Shown here: positions 22,445-24,000 of the stretch, one piece after another
How the letters are laid out: the number at the start of each line of letters is the position of its first letter
Position numbering within the stretch: the stretch's first letter is position 1
Source: Erysipelotrichaceae bacterium
GTDB taxonomy: Bacteria > Bacillota_I > Bacilli_A > Erysipelotrichales > Erysipelotrichaceae
NCBI GenBank assembly: GCA_022772735.1
Contig: JALEZD010000023.1
Location: 99,791 to 123,790, forward strand
Direction: 5' to 3'
Length of the DNA stretch: 24,000 nucleotides
Notes under the pieces: model-generated
What the model was told of the DNA's origin: nothing
The model's database searches: none
The model's input: the letters and a program-made list of their open reading frames with translations, nothing else
Translations under genes and position numbers: made by a program

Positions 22445-24000
22445 TATATTTTTCAAGTTCTTCTTCGTTTGGATCGATATATATTGTTTTATATGAATTA
22501 ATTGATACTTTGCCAATTTTTGCGCCAGGTATCTTTTTTAAATTTTTCACTTGTGTATAATCTACAGGTACACTACTAGAATATTTAGCTTTAGAATATA
22601 ATGCTGCAATATTTGCGGCTAATCTAATCAATTCTTCAGATAAATTATCTGTTTCAACAATAACATGAGAACCATGTATTTCTTTTGTATGGAAAAAATA
22701 ATTGTGTTTTTTTGCAATTTTAAATGTTAGTGTCTCATTTTGTATATTATTTTTCCCAAAATATATTTTTGAACCGTTGGTTTCTATGTATGAAATGGAA
22801 GGATATTTTTCTTTTTTATGCTTTTTTTGTGTTTTAAACGCTTTTTTAATATATCCACCATTTATTAATTCTTGGATTATTTCTTTTGCATCATTTACAT
22901 TAATTAATTCTAGTTGTTGATTAATACCTGTAAAATATTCAATTTCATCTTTACAAATTTCAATTTGTTTTTCTAAATGAATCTTACCTTTTTTTAATTT
23001 TTCATATTTTTGAAACATTTTTTTAGCATTAGATTTTCTATCTAGTTTCTCATCTAAAGGGATTTTTATAACTTTTAAATCTTCAAAATTTTCTAGTTCA
23101 ATAAAAGTTTTACCTTTTGTTTCTATATTGTTATATGTATAAAGTAAATCACCATAAAGTTTCCATTTTTCACAATCTAAAGATTCTTCAAGTGAATTTT
23201 CTAATTTAACAAGTTTTAAACTTTGATGCTTTAACTCTCTTTTGACAATTTTAAATAAATCACCTGCAATTTGTTTTATTCTGTCTTTTTCTTCTTTATG
23301 ATAATACAAAACATCAATTCCATCGTGTAGTTCGTATTTTTTTGAAGAATTTATATGCTTTAACTCAATACAATGAAAAAATTCTTCTTTATCTTTAAAA
23401 GAAATGTACAAACTATTTGATTTTTTTATTTCGTCTATTACGTTAGTAAATGATTCACCATTATTAATTCTGTATTCAATTTCTTTAGACAATAGTGGTG
23501 AAAAACCTGCAAGTTGTTTTGTGAGTGAAATTTCTCTATTAATTATTGGATATTCAAAAGGGTTTAGTTTATTTTGTGGTTCAACTTCACTAAATAAACT
23601 TCCTTGTTGTATTGTACGTTTATTATTTTCAAATGGTGGAATTCTTTTTAATGCATCAATTATTTTGTTATTTTCATCTACAAGAATTACATTTGCATAT
23701 TTTCCCATCAGTTCTATGTATAATTTTTTTTCTATTTTATCCCCAAGATTATTTCTCATATTTAATACAAAATAGCACCATCTATCTAAATCTTTTTGTA
23801 CAACATCTTGAATAATAGCACCTTCTAAATGTTTTCTTAAAAGCATTACAAAATTACTTGGTTCTTCAGGGGTTGAATAATTTTTTTTAGTAATGTTAAT
23901 TCTATTATATAAAGGATGACATGAAATCATTAATGTTTTTTTGTCTTTATTAGTTTTTAAATGAAATAATAATTCCGTATTGGAAATTTTATAAATTTTA
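22425..24000 (-). CDS. rqcH: RqcH / NFACT-family ribosome quality control protein (FbpA-like), with its 5' end outside the window
   Basis: It has the NFACT-N motif SCHPLYNRINIT...PSNFVMLLRKHLEG, a coiled-coil middle and the NFACT-R/DUF814 motif FHTKEIHGSHVIV. The frame stays open upstream of the tracked Met at 23930 through 23999 (...KIYKISNTELLFHLKTNKDKKTL-MISCHP). That extension matches the family N-terminal region, so the gene is truncated by the window edge. Confidence 0.8.
   Translation of the reverse strand, partial: KIYKISNTELLFHLKTNKDKKTLMISCHPLYNRINITKKNYSTPEEPSNFVMLLRKHLEGAIIQDVVQKDLDRWCYFVLNMRNNLGDKIEKKLYIELMGKYANVILVDENNKIIDALKRIPPFENNKRTIQQGSLFSEVEPQNKLNPFEYPIINREISLTKQLAGFSPLLSKEIEYRINNGESFTNVIDEIKKSNSLYISFKDKEEFFHCIELKHINSSKKYELHDGIDVLYYHKEEKDRIKQIAGDLFKIVKRELKHQSLKLVKLENSLEESLDCEKWKLYGDLLYTYNNIETKGKTFIELENFEDLKVIKIPLDEKLDRKSNAKKMFQKYEKLKKGKIHLEKQIEICKDEIEYFTGINQQLELINVNDAKEIIQELINGGYIKKAFKTQKKHKKEKYPSISYIETNGSKIYFGKNNIQNETLTFKIAKKHNYFFHTKEIHGSHVIVETDNLSEELIRLAANIAALYSKAKYSSSVPVDYTQVKNLKKIPGAKIGKVSINSYKTIYIDPNEEELEKYTILNLH

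Noticed and set aside
1-24000. Mycoplasma-type genetic code 4 (TGA read as Trp), suggested by the extreme AT content.
   Set aside because: TGA ends several strongly supported genes at family-appropriate C-termini (10023-10025, 10748-10750, 16750-16752). Trp in conserved motifs is encoded by TGG. The standard-code ORFs are full length.

Overview
The window is very AT-rich (I estimate under 30% GC, not computed). It uses the standard genetic code: TGA ends several well-supported genes and Trp is encoded by TGG. This fits a low-GC Firmicute or a wall-less relative such as Erysipelotrichia or Acholeplasma-like lineages. That placement is a guess from composition.

All homology calls come from reading motifs in the supplied translations. 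No searches were run.

**Layout**
- 77-1546: two convergent HAD phosphatases.
- 1599-4119: a small membrane protein followed by purE-purH.
- 4287-6161: a lipoprotein with repeated HxxHxH histidine-triad modules. It sits behind a consensus sigma-A promoter and a Fur-family-like 7-1-7 palindrome.
- 6194-8080 (minus strand): a LicR/MtlR-type PRD regulator, divergent from the block below.
- 8172-17873: an 11-gene same-strand block. It encodes YitT, a cytoplasmic glycosylasparaginase-type Ntn hydrolase, CutC, a DUF871/MupG-type enzyme, an RDD membrane protein, Lac/Cel-family PTS EIIB and EIIC, a GrdB-N-terminal-like protein, a degenerate M42 paralog, an intact M42 and a PepV-like M20 dipeptidase.
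- 17931-22444: a putative papain-fold peptidase, a 909-aa GH73 surface protein, an 87-aa ParB-like miniprotein and rluB.
- 22425-24000 (minus strand): rqcH, which runs off the window end.

I found no rRNA, tRNA, CRISPR array or mobile element.

The most interesting candidate is the PTS, glycosylasparaginase, DUF871, CutC and peptidase block. I propose it is a glyco-amino-acid or glycopeptide catabolic system. This is a hypothesis, not a demonstrated function.
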